The position numbers and the translations under genes are program-made. A stretch of 64,000 bases of DNA, taken from a bacterium. Lineage in GTDB: Bacteria; Myxococcota_A; Bradymonadia; REDH01. A model generated the notes under the pieces. The model had not been told where the DNA came from and did not search any database. It worked only from the letters and a program-made list of their open reading frames with translations. Positions 10,230-19,402 of this stretch are shown piece by piece (positions within the stretch are counted from its first letter, which is position 1; each line of letters starts with the position of its first letter). The DNA lies in NCBI GenBank assembly GCA_030427825.1, contig JAUICO010000001.1:30293-94292 (forward strand), in the 5' to 3' direction.

Positions 10230-11405
10230 ATGAAGATACTCGATGTGTCGGAGTTCTACGCCGAACGAGGCGGTGGGGTGCGCACCTACGTCAACCAGAA
10301 GCTCGACGCGGCGAAAGCCGCCGGCGTGGACATGGTCGTCGTCGCTCCCGGCCCCGAGGATCGTGTCGAAGCGCGTCGCGGTGGCAGAGTCATCTGGATC
10401 AAGGGTCCGCCGATGCCCCTGGACCCGCGCTACTTCCTGCTGCTTCGCGAAGCTGCGGTGCATCAGGCGATCGACGACGAGGCTCCGGACATCATCGAAG
10501 GCTCATCCCCGTGGACCGGCGGTTGGTTTGCAGCGCGCTATCCCGGTCCCGCGAAGAAGGCGTTCATTTTTCACCAGGATCCGGTCGCCGTTTATCCGCA
10601 CACTTTTCTCGATCGCTGGATGACAAGGGACGCCATCGATCGCGCGTCGGGTCCGTATTGGGCGTATCTGCGCCGGCTCAGCGGGCACTTCGATCGCACG
10701 ATTGTCGCCGGACAATGGCTCGCCGAACGCCTCGCCGGATTCGGCATCAGCAACGCCGAGGCGGTACCTTTCGGGATTGAGAAGCATCGATTCTCGCCGC
10801 GGCTCTTCGACCCGCGCTTGCGCGCCGGCATGCTCGAATCGGTCGGCCTCAGTGAAGACGACCACCTGCTAGTAGGCGTGTCGCGTCACCACCCGGAGAA
10901 GCGTGTGTTCACCCTGCTACGGGCGATGGAGATGCTGGCGGGTGAGCGCATTAACGGTCGTCGCGTCGGCTTCGTGATGTACGGCGACGGGCCGATGCGT
11001 CGGCTGGTGGATCGCCGCGCCGCGCGCATTCCCAACGTGCGTATTGCCGGCTTTACGGCGACGCCCGAAGACCTGCCCCGGGCAATGGCGAGCGGCGACG
11101 CATTTCTGCATGGAGGCGCCGCCGAAACCTTCGGGCTCGTGCTTGGTGAAGCGCTGTGCTCGGGATTGCCGCTGATCATTCCGACGGCCGGAGGCTCGTT
11201 GGACTTCCTCGACCCGGACTATGCGGTCGGCTACGAGCCCGGCGATGCCTCGGACTGCCGGCGTGCGATTGTGCGCCTTCTGAGGGGCGACATCGCTGCG
11301 ATGAAGTCGGCTGCGCTGCGCGCGCGCGACGAGCGAGTCCTCAATGTAGGGGATCACTTTCCCGCGTTGTTTGATTCGTACAGCGCGTTGTTGTCTGCAA
11401 ACTAA
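10230..11405 (+). CDS. glycosyltransferase family 4 (GT-B, group 1)
   Basis: C-terminal GT1 motif EAVPFGIEKHRFSP...ETFGLVLGEALCSGLPLI. Its start abuts the stop of the upstream hydrolase (TAA then ATG), so the two are co-transcribed. Confidence 0.8.
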   Translation: MKILDVSEFYAERGGGVRTYVNQKLDAAKAAGVDMVVVAPGPEDRVEARRGGRVIWIKGPPMPLDPRYFLLLREAAVHQAIDDEAPDIIEGSSPWTGGWFAARYPGPAKKAFIFHQDPVAVYPHTFLDRWMTRDAIDRASGPYWAYLRRLSGHFDRTIVAGQWLAERLAGFGISNAEAVPFGIEKHRFSPRLFDPRLRAGMLESVGLSEDDHLLVGVSRHHPEKRVFTLLRAMEMLAGERINGRRVGFVMYGDGPMRRLVDRRAARIPNVRIAGFTATPEDLPRAMASGDAFLHGGAAETFGLVLGEALCSGLPLIIPTAGGSLDFLDPDYAVGYEPGDASDCRRAIVRLLRGDIAAMKSAALRARDERVLNVGDHFPALFDSYSALLSAN

Positions 11406-11430
11406 GATACCTGAATCCGGGGGGATCAGC

Positions 11431-12291
11431 GTGAGAGCGGTATTACGGGGAATTCTTGTGTCCGGTTGTGTGCTGGCTTCGGTCGTCGCGTGTGATGAAG
11501 ACGAAGGCAGCAGCTTCATCGAAGCGCCGGAGAAAGACAGCACCTGCCTGGGACTCTACGGATCGCCGAATGAGCGAACCGGCTTGGATGAGGCGGTGTG
11601 TTTTCCTGCGATCGAAGGCGATGAAATCTGGGAGCCGCGTGCCTGGGACGATGACGGCTTTGCCGAGTTGCTCTCCTGGACCCTGGATGAGCCGATCGAG
11701 GTGATCGCCGACAATCCCTACGCTGAGACTCCGGATCTGGAGCCGAACCCGAACGCGGTGTGTGCGGTGATGCCGACCGGCGAGAATACTTACCGCCTTG
11801 AGACCTTTGAAGGCGCTGACCCGAGAGAGGCGATCGACGCGGCCCTCGACGCCGGTGGCATTGTGACTCACGGCGGCGCCTGCGGTGCCTGCTCGTCACT
11901 CGCCGACCTTGAGGTGTACGCGCGCGTGCCGGACCAGACGCAGCCGGTGCGGGATTGCGGGATTCAGAACCTTGGCGCGCCGATCGAGGATGTTGATCAG
12001 TGCATTCAGGACGCAGTCGGGTTCTCACCACCATGCGCGAGAATCTGGGCGTACAACACGGTGAACGATGGCGAGGTGTGCCGTGACATCTGCCTGAACA
12101 GCGTGCTGATTCTGATGGAGCCGTACAACAATGAAGACGGCTCGCTGAACTCCTGTCTGCAATGCGACGAGGACTTCTCCGGCGGTGTGTTCAAGACGAT
12201 CGCCGGTCGCACTCGCAGAAACTCCGGGCTCGCGTCCGCGATCTGTCGGCCCTGCGAGACGGTGTGGCGCATCGAGCACAACTACGAGTGA
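11431..12291 (+). CDS. Cys-rich secreted lipoprotein, unknown function
   Basis: GTG start at 11431, supported by the signal peptide and lipobox (GILVSGCVLASVVAC). About 20 Cys. Third gene of the hydrolase-GT4 operon. Confidence 0.6.
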   Translation: MRAVLRGILVSGCVLASVVACDEDEGSSFIEAPEKDSTCLGLYGSPNERTGLDEAVCFPAIEGDEIWEPRAWDDDGFAELLSWTLDEPIEVIADNPYAETPDLEPNPNAVCAVMPTGENTYRLETFEGADPREAIDAALDAGGIVTHGGACGACSSLADLEVYARVPDQTQPVRDCGIQNLGAPIEDVDQCIQDAVGFSPPCARIWAYNTVNDGEVCRDICLNSVLILMEPYNNEDGSLNSCLQCDEDFSGGVFKTIAGRTRRNSGLASAICRPCETVWRIEHNYE

Positions 12292-12316
12292 CGTGGCCAC
12301 ATACGATGATGTGTTG

Positions 12317-14473
12317 TTAGAAGCCGAGCTCCCGGAGGAGCGACTGCGCACCCGCGACCTTGTCGAGGTACCAGAGCACATAGCGCGCATCGACGTGGAT
12401 GGACCGGGTCATCGCCGGGTCGAACAGCCAGTCGCTGGCCATCGACTCATAGTTGCCGTCAAAGAGCAGCCCCACCCATTCGCCACGGCCGTTCATTGTC
12501 ACTGAGCCGCTGTTGCCACCTGTGGTATCGAGGGTGCTGAGAAAGTCCACGGGAACAGCACCCAACCGGGGGTCGTGCCATCGAGTCTGTTCGTCCGCTT
12601 CAATGGCATGCAGCAGGCCGTCAGGTGCATCGAAAGGCTCTTCGCCGGTGTGCTTTGCGACGATGCCGTCCACGGTCGTGAAAGGACTGTGCCAGACACC
12701 GTCAGTCGGCGGATACCCGCGTACAAGCCCATAGGTGACGCGCAGCGTGCTGTTTGCGTCCGGGTATACATCGCTGCCGAAAGCCTCGCGGAGGCCGCCG
12801 GTGTAGGCGGGCAGGAGCCGCGAGAGTGCGCCGTCCCGTTGTTGTGATCGGTCCAGGTCAGCTCGCTGAAGTGGATACAGTGATACGACTACTTCGAGCA
12901 TCCGATCGCCGCTCGTCGCGATGTCGCGCTCCCCTTCGCTGAGCAGCGCGAGGCGGAAGTCGGGATCTGTCATCTGTGTGTTTGCGTAGACATCAGCCGC
13001 AGCCGCTGCGGCCGGGTCGGCCTCGTCTGCGTAAGGCCTCAGCAGTGCATCGAATGCCTCGATACGCTGTGTGTCAGGCAGCTGCGAGGCTCGACGTAGA
13101 AAGTAGGCGAAGAGCAGCTCGTCCGCCTCAGCGTCGTAGCTGCGGTTGATGCGTTGAATACGCTCTTCGAGGTTGGGCCACTCGCGTTCCTGGTACGAGG
13201 GCAATCGGTCGACATCGTCCTTGTCCCGCTCGACAGCCAACCAGTAACCGGTGTTTGCGGCGCCGAGGGCTTTGACGGACCAGCGCATCCATCCGAGCAG
13301 GGTCTCGCGCTCCCAGCTCGCGTAGCGGTCGTCGAATACGGCGTTGAGCTCGTCCTGTGCCCGGCTGAACGCTTCGCCGGCCTCGCTGTCCGCAAGCCTT
13401 GCCGTGGCCTGCGCTTCCGTCGCGGCTCGCCGCGTCACCGTGTCGCTGCTGCGAAAGCCGTCGAGCATCCCGAGGTTGTTCTTCCGGTAGTTCGCGAGGC
13501 TGAAGTAGTAGCTGCTGAGTGCGACTTTCACGTCCTCGCTGCGTTCCATCTGCGCCTCGACGATCGCCATCAGCTCGTTCATCGTAGAAATCTGCCACGG
13601 GTAGGAGACTTCCTCGGCGTGGGCGAATTCACGAGCCGTGCGCCAACGGTTCGTTCGGCCCGGGTAGCCCGCGACCATGACAAAGTCGCCCGGATCAAGG
13701 TGCCCGGTGGTTGGGCGCAGGTAGTGTTGCGGCCGCAACGGCACGTTGTCTTCGGAGTACGGCGCCGGGTTTCCGTCGGGTCCGACGTAGGCCCGCAGAA
13801 AGGCGAAGTCGCCGCAGTGTCGGGGCCACATCCAGTTGTCGACCTCGCCGCCAAAGGCGCCAACGGACTCCGGCGGCGCATAGACGATACGCACGTCTTC
13901 GACTTCGAGCTTCTGTATCAGCCGGTACTCGGCGCCTCCGTAGAAATCGACGACCTCGCAGCGCCGGTTTGCCTGCTCTTCGCACTCGGCGACGATCGCT
14001 TTGGTCTCGCGGTCAACCGCACCGTAGCGTGCGACGTCATCCTCTGCGTCTGCAGTCGCGGCCAGGACCCGGGCTGTCACGTCGTCGAGTGACTCTGTGA
14101 TGTATACCCGGCTGCCGGGACCGGCCCACACTTCTTCGGCCCGCGTCGGCGCATGAAAGCCATCGGTGACGAGGTTGTTCTCGCCGGTTGAGTTCATCTG
14201 CAACGCGCCGACGGCGCAGTGATGGTTGGTGACGACGAGGCCATCTTCGGAAACGAAGGAGGCCGAGCACCCGCCAAGGCTGATCACCGCACCGAGATAG
14301 TTGCCCCGCGGGTCGGCGAGCTGCTCCGGGTCCAGGGACAGGCCAAGGCTGCGCAGCTCGTCAGCGCGCTCAGGCAGTTGTTCGGGCAGCCACATACCCT
14401 CGCGGGCCTGCGCGACACCGGCTGTCATGAGCACCGCGAGTGTGGCGAGAGTCCGGAGCGTGAGGTCCGTCAT
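12317..14473 (-). CDS. S46-family dipeptidyl-peptidase (DPP7/DPP11-like)
   Basis: 718 aa with a signal peptide. N-terminal MWLPEQL and GGCSASFVSEDGLVVTNHHC (His-active-site region of S46 peptidases). Size fits the family. Confidence 0.85.
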   Translation of the reverse strand: MTDLTLRTLATLAVLMTAGVAQAREGMWLPEQLPERADELRSLGLSLDPEQLADPRGNYLGAVISLGGCSASFVSEDGLVVTNHHCAVGALQMNSTGENNLVTDGFHAPTRAEEVWAGPGSRVYITESLDDVTARVLAATADAEDDVARYGAVDRETKAIVAECEEQANRRCEVVDFYGGAEYRLIQKLEVEDVRIVYAPPESVGAFGGEVDNWMWPRHCGDFAFLRAYVGPDGNPAPYSEDNVPLRPQHYLRPTTGHLDPGDFVMVAGYPGRTNRWRTAREFAHAEEVSYPWQISTMNELMAIVEAQMERSEDVKVALSSYYFSLANYRKNNLGMLDGFRSSDTVTRRAATEAQATARLADSEAGEAFSRAQDELNAVFDDRYASWERETLLGWMRWSVKALGAANTGYWLAVERDKDDVDRLPSYQEREWPNLEERIQRINRSYDAEADELLFAYFLRRASQLPDTQRIEAFDALLRPYADEADPAAAAAADVYANTQMTDPDFRLALLSEGERDIATSGDRMLEVVVSLYPLQRADLDRSQQRDGALSRLLPAYTGGLREAFGSDVYPDANSTLRVTYGLVRGYPPTDGVWHSPFTTVDGIVAKHTGEEPFDAPDGLLHAIEADEQTRWHDPRLGAVPVDFLSTLDTTGGNSGSVTMNGRGEWVGLLFDGNYESMASDWLFDPAMTRSIHVDARYVLWYLDKVAGAQSLLRELGF

Positions 14474-15273
14474 GATGCGCTCCCGAAGTTTGCACTTCGC
14501 TTCTCAAGCAATGCGGCGACACCTTCCTCGTGATCCGCTGTATGCTGCACGATCGACTGATAGGTGGCGGCCAGGTTCAACGCGGCTTCAGGGCTGGACT
14601 GCCATGCATGAAACACGGCGCTCTTTGCCAGGCGCACGGCGACCGGTGCGTTCGCCGCGATCTGACCTGCGTATGCATGCGCAGCATCGAGCAGACCGCC
14701 TTCTTCGACCACCTGCTGCACGAGCCCGATCCGCTCGGCTTCGATGGTATCGATAATGCGCCCGCTCAGGATCAGGTCCATTGCGCGGGCATAGCCGACC
14801 GCGCGGGTCAGAAAAAAGGCGCCACCGTCTCCCGGCACCAGGCCGAGACGCACAAAGGTGGAGCCGAAACGTGCGCCCTTCGCTGCGATGCGGAAGTCGC
14901 ACATGCAGGCGAGGTCCAGGCCTGCGCCGATCGCCGCACCGTTCACGGCGGCGATCAGTGGCTTTTCGAATCGGCAGAGGCGTCGTGGAATCTCCTGGAT
15001 ACCGTGGGCGTATCGATGTCGCAGCTCGGACTGATCGCCGGCAAACATTCCGCTGCGGCTCTGCATCGCCTTGAGATCCCCGCCGGCGCTGAAGGAGCGG
15101 CCGGCGCCGGTCAGGACCACACAGCGCACAGAGTCGTCCGCTTCGGCGAGGTCTGCGGCGCGTATGATCGACGCGACCATTTCGTCGCTATATGCGTTGC
15201 GTGCGTCGGGTCGATTGAGCGTCCACGTGACTACGTGACCGCGCTGTTCCCATCCAAGGTGCTGCAATTCCAT
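14470..15273 (-). CDS. enoyl-CoA hydratase/isomerase (crotonase family)
   Basis: Crotonase-fold motifs VVLTGAGRSFSAGGDLK and the oxyanion-hole region. Likely start at MELQHL (15273) rather than the ORF-track start at 15339. ATGA overlap with the S46 peptidase gene. Confidence 0.8.
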   Translation of the reverse strand: MELQHLGWEQRGHVVTWTLNRPDARNAYSDEMVASIIRAADLAEADDSVRCVVLTGAGRSFSAGGDLKAMQSRSGMFAGDQSELRHRYAHGIQEIPRRLCRFEKPLIAAVNGAAIGAGLDLACMCDFRIAAKGARFGSTFVRLGLVPGDGGAFFLTRAVGYARAMDLILSGRIIDTIEAERIGLVQQVVEEGGLLDAAHAYAGQIAANAPVAVRLAKSAVFHAWQSSPEAALNLAATYQSIVQHTADHEEGVAALLEKRSANFGSAS

Positions 15274-15402
15274 CGTCAGGATCCTGTGCTCTTCGTCCGG
15301 TTGCCGATGTAGGGCGGCCGGGATCTTCCGGGTTCGCACAGGATGTAGTCGGATGGCCTCGGATTTGCAGCAGCTTCGCGCGCCGGGGGTGTGCCCGCGG
15401 TT

Positions 15403-15846
15403 TCAGCCGACCAGGCTTCGCAGAGGAAAGAGGGCGATCAGGGCGATTGCACTCAGTGCGAGCAGCACCACGCGGGCGTTGCGCGGCAGGTGGCTGCGCG
15501 GCATTCGCGTTGGTTCGCGTATGACGAAGAAGACCCGGCGGGCGACGACGACTGTCAGCGCGACGGCACCGGCGATCGCGGCGCAGGCGCCGTAGAACCA
15601 CACCTGCCCGACATATTCCGACTGGGAGAGGCCGATCAGCGCGATCCCCGACCCCACCATAAGGACGGCTCCGGGTAGCGTCGCACGCATTAACAGCGAG
15701 CGCTCAACGGCTCTGAAGTTACGCAGCGATGTTCCCTGTTCGAGCGCACCGAGATGCAACTCCATCACGTGGGTGACGGCGACGAAACCGCCGATCCACA
15801 TGGAGTATCCGAGGATGGCGAGGGCCTTGAAGACAAGTATGAGCAA
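15403..15846 (-). CDS. small integral membrane protein (4 predicted TM helices), unknown function
   Basis: 147 aa with four hydrophobic helices. No recognisable catalytic motif. Confidence 0.5.
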   Translation of the reverse strand: MLILVFKALAILGYSMWIGGFVAVTHVMELHLGALEQGTSLRNFRAVERSLLMRATLPGAVLMVGSGIALIGLSQSEYVGQVWFYGACAAIAGAVALTVVVARRVFFVIREPTRMPRSHLPRNARVVLLALSAIALIALFPLRSLVG

Positions 15847-16162
15847 GGTCGCCTCTCCACAGTGGGATGATCGGTGGCGTGACCGCAGGTCTGGATGTTT
15901 GTGCGCCTCGGAAGGGGCGACGCGTGAACACTGGAATCCACAGTGATTCTGCGCCGCTGAACCCCCGATTGAGGACGTGCTCGCTGTGTGACGAGTTGTG
16001 TTGTTACTCCGCCACAGCGCCGCTGATGGTTGTGCTAGCGGGGCGACGATCTCGGGTCAACGGAACACCGGCAGCTATCCGCGCGCGACGGTCTCCGGTT
16101 GCCCCTCGCCGGTCTTTCGATATACGGCGACCTTCGTCGAACCACTCCATGGTTCGCTGGGA

Positions 16163-17347
16163 GTGCCCGTGTCCGAAGATAAGACAGATCTCTCGACCTC
16201 GACCCTGCTGACCGCCGGGCATCGTGTGGAAAGCACACAGCACCCTGTAGGGCTGCCCGTGCACCAGACCACCACCTTTCGAATCAACGAAGCGTTGAAT
16301 GCAGCGATGGCGAGGGGCGACTACCGGTCGCAGCACCTGTACACGCGCATGAGCAATCCGACGACGCGCGCGCTCGAAGAGCGACTTGCGCAGCTTCACG
16401 CCGGCGAGGACGCGGTTGTCTTTGCGAGCGGCATGGGCGCGATTTCGGCAGCGCTTGTGGGAGTGACAGCGCCGGGTGACACGGTGCTTGCGTCGACTGA
16501 GCTGTATGGTGTGACCGACGGGTTTCTCGACGCCTACCTTGCGCAGATGGGCCGCAGGATTGTGCGTTGCGACATGAGTGACAGCCGCGCGCTGGCTGAT
16601 GCGTTGGTGGACTTCAGCCCGACATGGCTGCTCGCGGAGACGGTGTCGAACCCTCTGGTACGTGTGCTGGACATCGAAGGCATTGCAGCAGCAGCGCATG
16701 CTACCGGGTCCAGACTGGCTGTCGACAACACCTTCGCAAACCCGGTCGCCTGCCGTCCCCTGACCCTCGGTGCGGACCTCGTCATCGAGAGCCTCAGCAA
16801 GTCGATCGCAGGCCACTCCGCGGTGCATGGTGGCGCTGTCATCGGCGATGCGTCGCTCACCGCCGAAGTGTGGAAGGCGATGATTCATTTCGGCAGCTGC
16901 CTCGATCCCGGCGCGGCCGCCTTGATCTGGCGCGGCATGCAGACGCTGGCCCTGCGAACCCGCGCAATGTCTGACAACGCGGCGGCGATCGCGGACTTCC
17001 TCTACACGCACAACGAGGTACAGAAGGTGTACTTCACCGCAGCCGAATCGGGCCGACCGCTGGCGCCGTTGCTTGCCTGCGGCGGGATGCTGTCTTTCGT
17101 TGTTGCGGGCGGTGACGAACGCGCGCTGCGGCTGCTCGACTCTCTGTCCCTGATTGTACCGGCGTCTTCCCTTGGTGGCGTCGAGTCACTCGCCAGCCTG
17201 CCCTTCAACACCTCGCATAGAAACCCCGAGGCGCGCGAGCGCTGTGGCCTGCTCCCCGGGACCGTTCGCCTCAGCGTTGGCTGTGAGGACGTCGGTGACC
17301 TGTGCCGAGATCTGGCGCAGGCCCTGAAGCTCAGCGCTGAACTGTAA
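16163..17347 (+). CDS. Cys/Met-metabolism PLP-dependent enzyme (cystathionine gamma-synthase/beta-lyase/O-acylhomoserine sulfhydrylase family)
   Basis: PLP-lysine motif SLSKSIAGHS and family-typical HQTTTF, NPTTRALEERLA, VVFASGMGAI. The N-terminus in the ORF track looks over-extended; GTG at 16163 or 16169 is likely. Confidence 0.8.
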   Translation: MPVSEDKTDLSTSTLLTAGHRVESTQHPVGLPVHQTTTFRINEALNAAMARGDYRSQHLYTRMSNPTTRALEERLAQLHAGEDAVVFASGMGAISAALVGVTAPGDTVLASTELYGVTDGFLDAYLAQMGRRIVRCDMSDSRALADALVDFSPTWLLAETVSNPLVRVLDIEGIAAAAHATGSRLAVDNTFANPVACRPLTLGADLVIESLSKSIAGHSAVHGGAVIGDASLTAEVWKAMIHFGSCLDPGAAALIWRGMQTLALRTRAMSDNAAAIADFLYTHNEVQKVYFTAAESGRPLAPLLACGGMLSFVVAGGDERALRLLDSLSLIVPASSLGGVESLASLPFNTSHRNPEARERCGLLPGTVRLSVGCEDVGDLCRDLAQALKLSAEL

Positions 17348-18656
17348 CCTGTCGAATTGACCGGATAGCGATCGAGTCACCCGAGAGCCGCGTTGCTTCG
17401 CACACAAGCTCACTGAGTTGATCTTCGCTGAGCGGCTTGTCGATGGCAACGATGTCATACGCGATCTTGTAGCGATCGAAGTCGCGGTGCGCACTCATGA
17501 GGTTGCTTGCACCGGCTGCGTAGATCGCATCATCAAGGGCCTTCTTGGTGCCGCGTTCGGTGCTGTGAACCACCGAGATGACGTGGTCGAAGCTGCCGGC
17601 GTCAAAGCCGATGGTGTGTTTCGGCTCAAACACACAGTTTCTGAGTGTACCGTAGTTTGAGAGCAGGTTCGTCGTGCCGGCTACGTGACGTGCGATGCGT
17701 GGTTGCGCCTCGTGTGTCGCGGCGCCGATGTGTGGCGTGGCGAAGATGTTTGGATTCTCGGCGTAGGGGTTGACCCACGGGTCATCCGCGTTGCGCGGTT
17801 CCGACGGGAACACGTCCACCATTGCCTGGCGAATGTGACCTTCGTTTGCTGCGCGCAGCAGGTCTTCTGACGAGTGTATGTTCCCGCGTGCCAGGTTGAC
17901 GAAGATGCGAGGGCTGTCTTCGCGGTTCTCGGACATGCGTGCGAAGTCATCGTACGTGATGACGTTCAGGTTGCTTCGGTTCGCGTAGTCGAAGGCCGAC
18001 ACGTGCGCGGTGACGATGTCGGAGTCCGCGAAGAGGTCGCCAAGCGTCGGTGCAAAGGTCCACCCCAGGAGCTCTCCGACTTCTCGGGCTACCGGGCGAT
18101 TGTCGTAGAAGGCGACCTTCATGCCGAGCAGTTCAGCGGTGCGCGCGACCTGCTTACCGATATTGCCGAGCCCGAAGATCCCGAGGGTCTTCCCGGCGAT
18201 CTCGTAGCGCTGTGCCTTGGACTTCAGGAAGCTGTTGTCGTTGGTCTCGTCGACGGCATGGAACACGCGACGCGACATGCAGAGAATCTCGCCGAAAGCG
18301 AGCTCGACGACGGAACGAGCGTTAGAGACCGGGTCGTTCGTCACGAGTACGCCGTGCTTTGCGCAGGCCTCTTTGTCGACAGAGTCGTCGCCGATGCAGC
18401 ACAGCATCACCGCAGCAAGCTGGGGCGCTGCCTTCAGTACGCGCTCTGTGATCTGCACCCGCGAACGCTTGAAGATCAGGTCGTAGGGGTCCTTCTCAAG
18501 GATCCTGACCAGATCATCTGTGTTCGGCGTGCTGTCCGGACGTACGGGCTCGATGCCGATTCTTCGCAGATGGTCGTCGAGGGTCTTGTCGGGAGATTCG
18601 AGGATGAGCGCCCGCCGGAAAGGACCCGTGAGAACGCGTGGCTGGGTGGCTGGCAT
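17331..18656 (-). CDS. D-isomer-specific 2-hydroxyacid dehydrogenase, D-3-phosphoglycerate dehydrogenase (SerA)-like, with C-terminal regulatory domain
   Basis: NAD-binding GIFGLGNIGKQVA and catalytic-domain motifs (NLARG...HIGAAT). 441 aa with a C-terminal extension. Its 3' end overlaps the convergent PLP-enzyme gene by 17 nt. Confidence 0.75.
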   Translation of the reverse strand: MPATQPRVLTGPFRRALILESPDKTLDDHLRRIGIEPVRPDSTPNTDDLVRILEKDPYDLIFKRSRVQITERVLKAAPQLAAVMLCCIGDDSVDKEACAKHGVLVTNDPVSNARSVVELAFGEILCMSRRVFHAVDETNDNSFLKSKAQRYEIAGKTLGIFGLGNIGKQVARTAELLGMKVAFYDNRPVAREVGELLGWTFAPTLGDLFADSDIVTAHVSAFDYANRSNLNVITYDDFARMSENREDSPRIFVNLARGNIHSSEDLLRAANEGHIRQAMVDVFPSEPRNADDPWVNPYAENPNIFATPHIGAATHEAQPRIARHVAGTTNLLSNYGTLRNCVFEPKHTIGFDAGSFDHVISVVHSTERGTKKALDDAIYAAGASNLMSAHRDFDRYKIAYDIVAIDKPLSEDQLSELVCEATRLSGDSIAIRSIRQVTVQR

Positions 18657-18680
18657 CGGAACTCTCTCGCTGAAGTTGTT

Positions 18681-18833
18681 TTACTTTGCCTTTTCGAGTT
18701 CAGGCTTCACAAAGCGGTAGACCAGCTCTGTGACGACATCGACCTGAGTGCGGCCGGTGCGGTCGCAGTACTCCTTTAGCTTCAGGTGCGCTGCGGTGCT
18801 GATCCAGAGAGATTTTTTGCCTTCGTTGCTCAT
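18681..18833 (-). CDS. 50-aa ribbon-helix-helix-like small DNA-binding protein (not in ORF track)
   Basis: My own translation gives MSNEGKKSLWISTAAHLKLKEYCDRTGRTQVDVVTELVYRFVKPELEKAK. A beta-strand followed by two helices is the RHH pattern. Clear paralog of the N-terminal domain of the downstream-encoded 18888..19295 protein (shared pattern LWIS/VWVD, AH..LK, V....LV). Confidence 0.5.
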   Translation of the reverse strand: MSNEGKKSLWISTAAHLKLKEYCDRTGRTQVDVVTELVYRFVKPELEKAK

Positions 18834-18887
18834 GACAAACTCATGTTGTGTGCAGATTCCGTGGGTGTGCTGCGCGGGTCGTTGAAA

Positions 18888-19295
18888 TCAGACGAGCCAG
18901 ACGCCGCCGAGGAAGCGCACGGTTCCATCGTCTGCGGGAACCGACTCTTTGCGGGGACGACGCGCAGTCTGCTTTGCGGCCGGCCGCTTCTTCGCAGGTG
19001 CCTTGCTGACCTTCTTCGGCGCCTCTGCTTTTCGTGCGGTCGTCGTAGCTGCCTTTGGAGCCGCCGCTTTCGGTGCCTCCGCTTTCGGTGCAGCCGCCGG
19101 CTCTGCCGCCACAACCGGAGCGGGCGCGGGTGCGTCCTCACCACTGAGTCCTGCCGCCGGGTCGAGGCTGTCGATCTGGTTGAGAATCAGGTCGCTTGCG
19201 AAGGAGACCATGGACTGCTTCTTGACCTTGGCGAACGCCTTAAGAACTCCGTGTGCCTCTTCATCAACCCATACGGGCATCTTATCTTTGGCCAT
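18888..19295 (-). CDS. small putative nucleoid-associated protein: RHH-like N-domain plus histone-H1-like Ala/Lys/Pro-rich tail
   Basis: N-terminus MPVWVDEEAHGVLKAFAKVKKQSMVSFASDLILNQI. C-terminus AAPKAEAPKAAAPKAATTTARKAEAPKKVSKAPAKKRPAAKQTARRPRK, of the AlgP/Hc1/BpH1 histone-like tail type. Confidence 0.6.
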   Translation of the reverse strand: MAKDKMPVWVDEEAHGVLKAFAKVKKQSMVSFASDLILNQIDSLDPAAGLSGEDAPAPAPVVAAEPAAAPKAEAPKAAAPKAATTTARKAEAPKKVSKAPAKKRPAAKQTARRPRKESVPADDGTVRFLGGVWLV

Positions 19296-19402
19296 CGTTC
19301 ACCTCATACGTGCGCGCAGTTGCGGCGTGTTCTGCGATGTCGGCAACTCTATGTGCGTCGCCGCCCGCGGGGCGAAGCGCTTATGGGGTGATGCGCAGCC
19401 GG

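Noticed and set aside
15847-16162. SAM riboswitch upstream of the Cys/Met-metabolism PLP-enzyme gene
   Set aside because: None of the SAM-I conserved segments are recognisable in the 316-bp leader.
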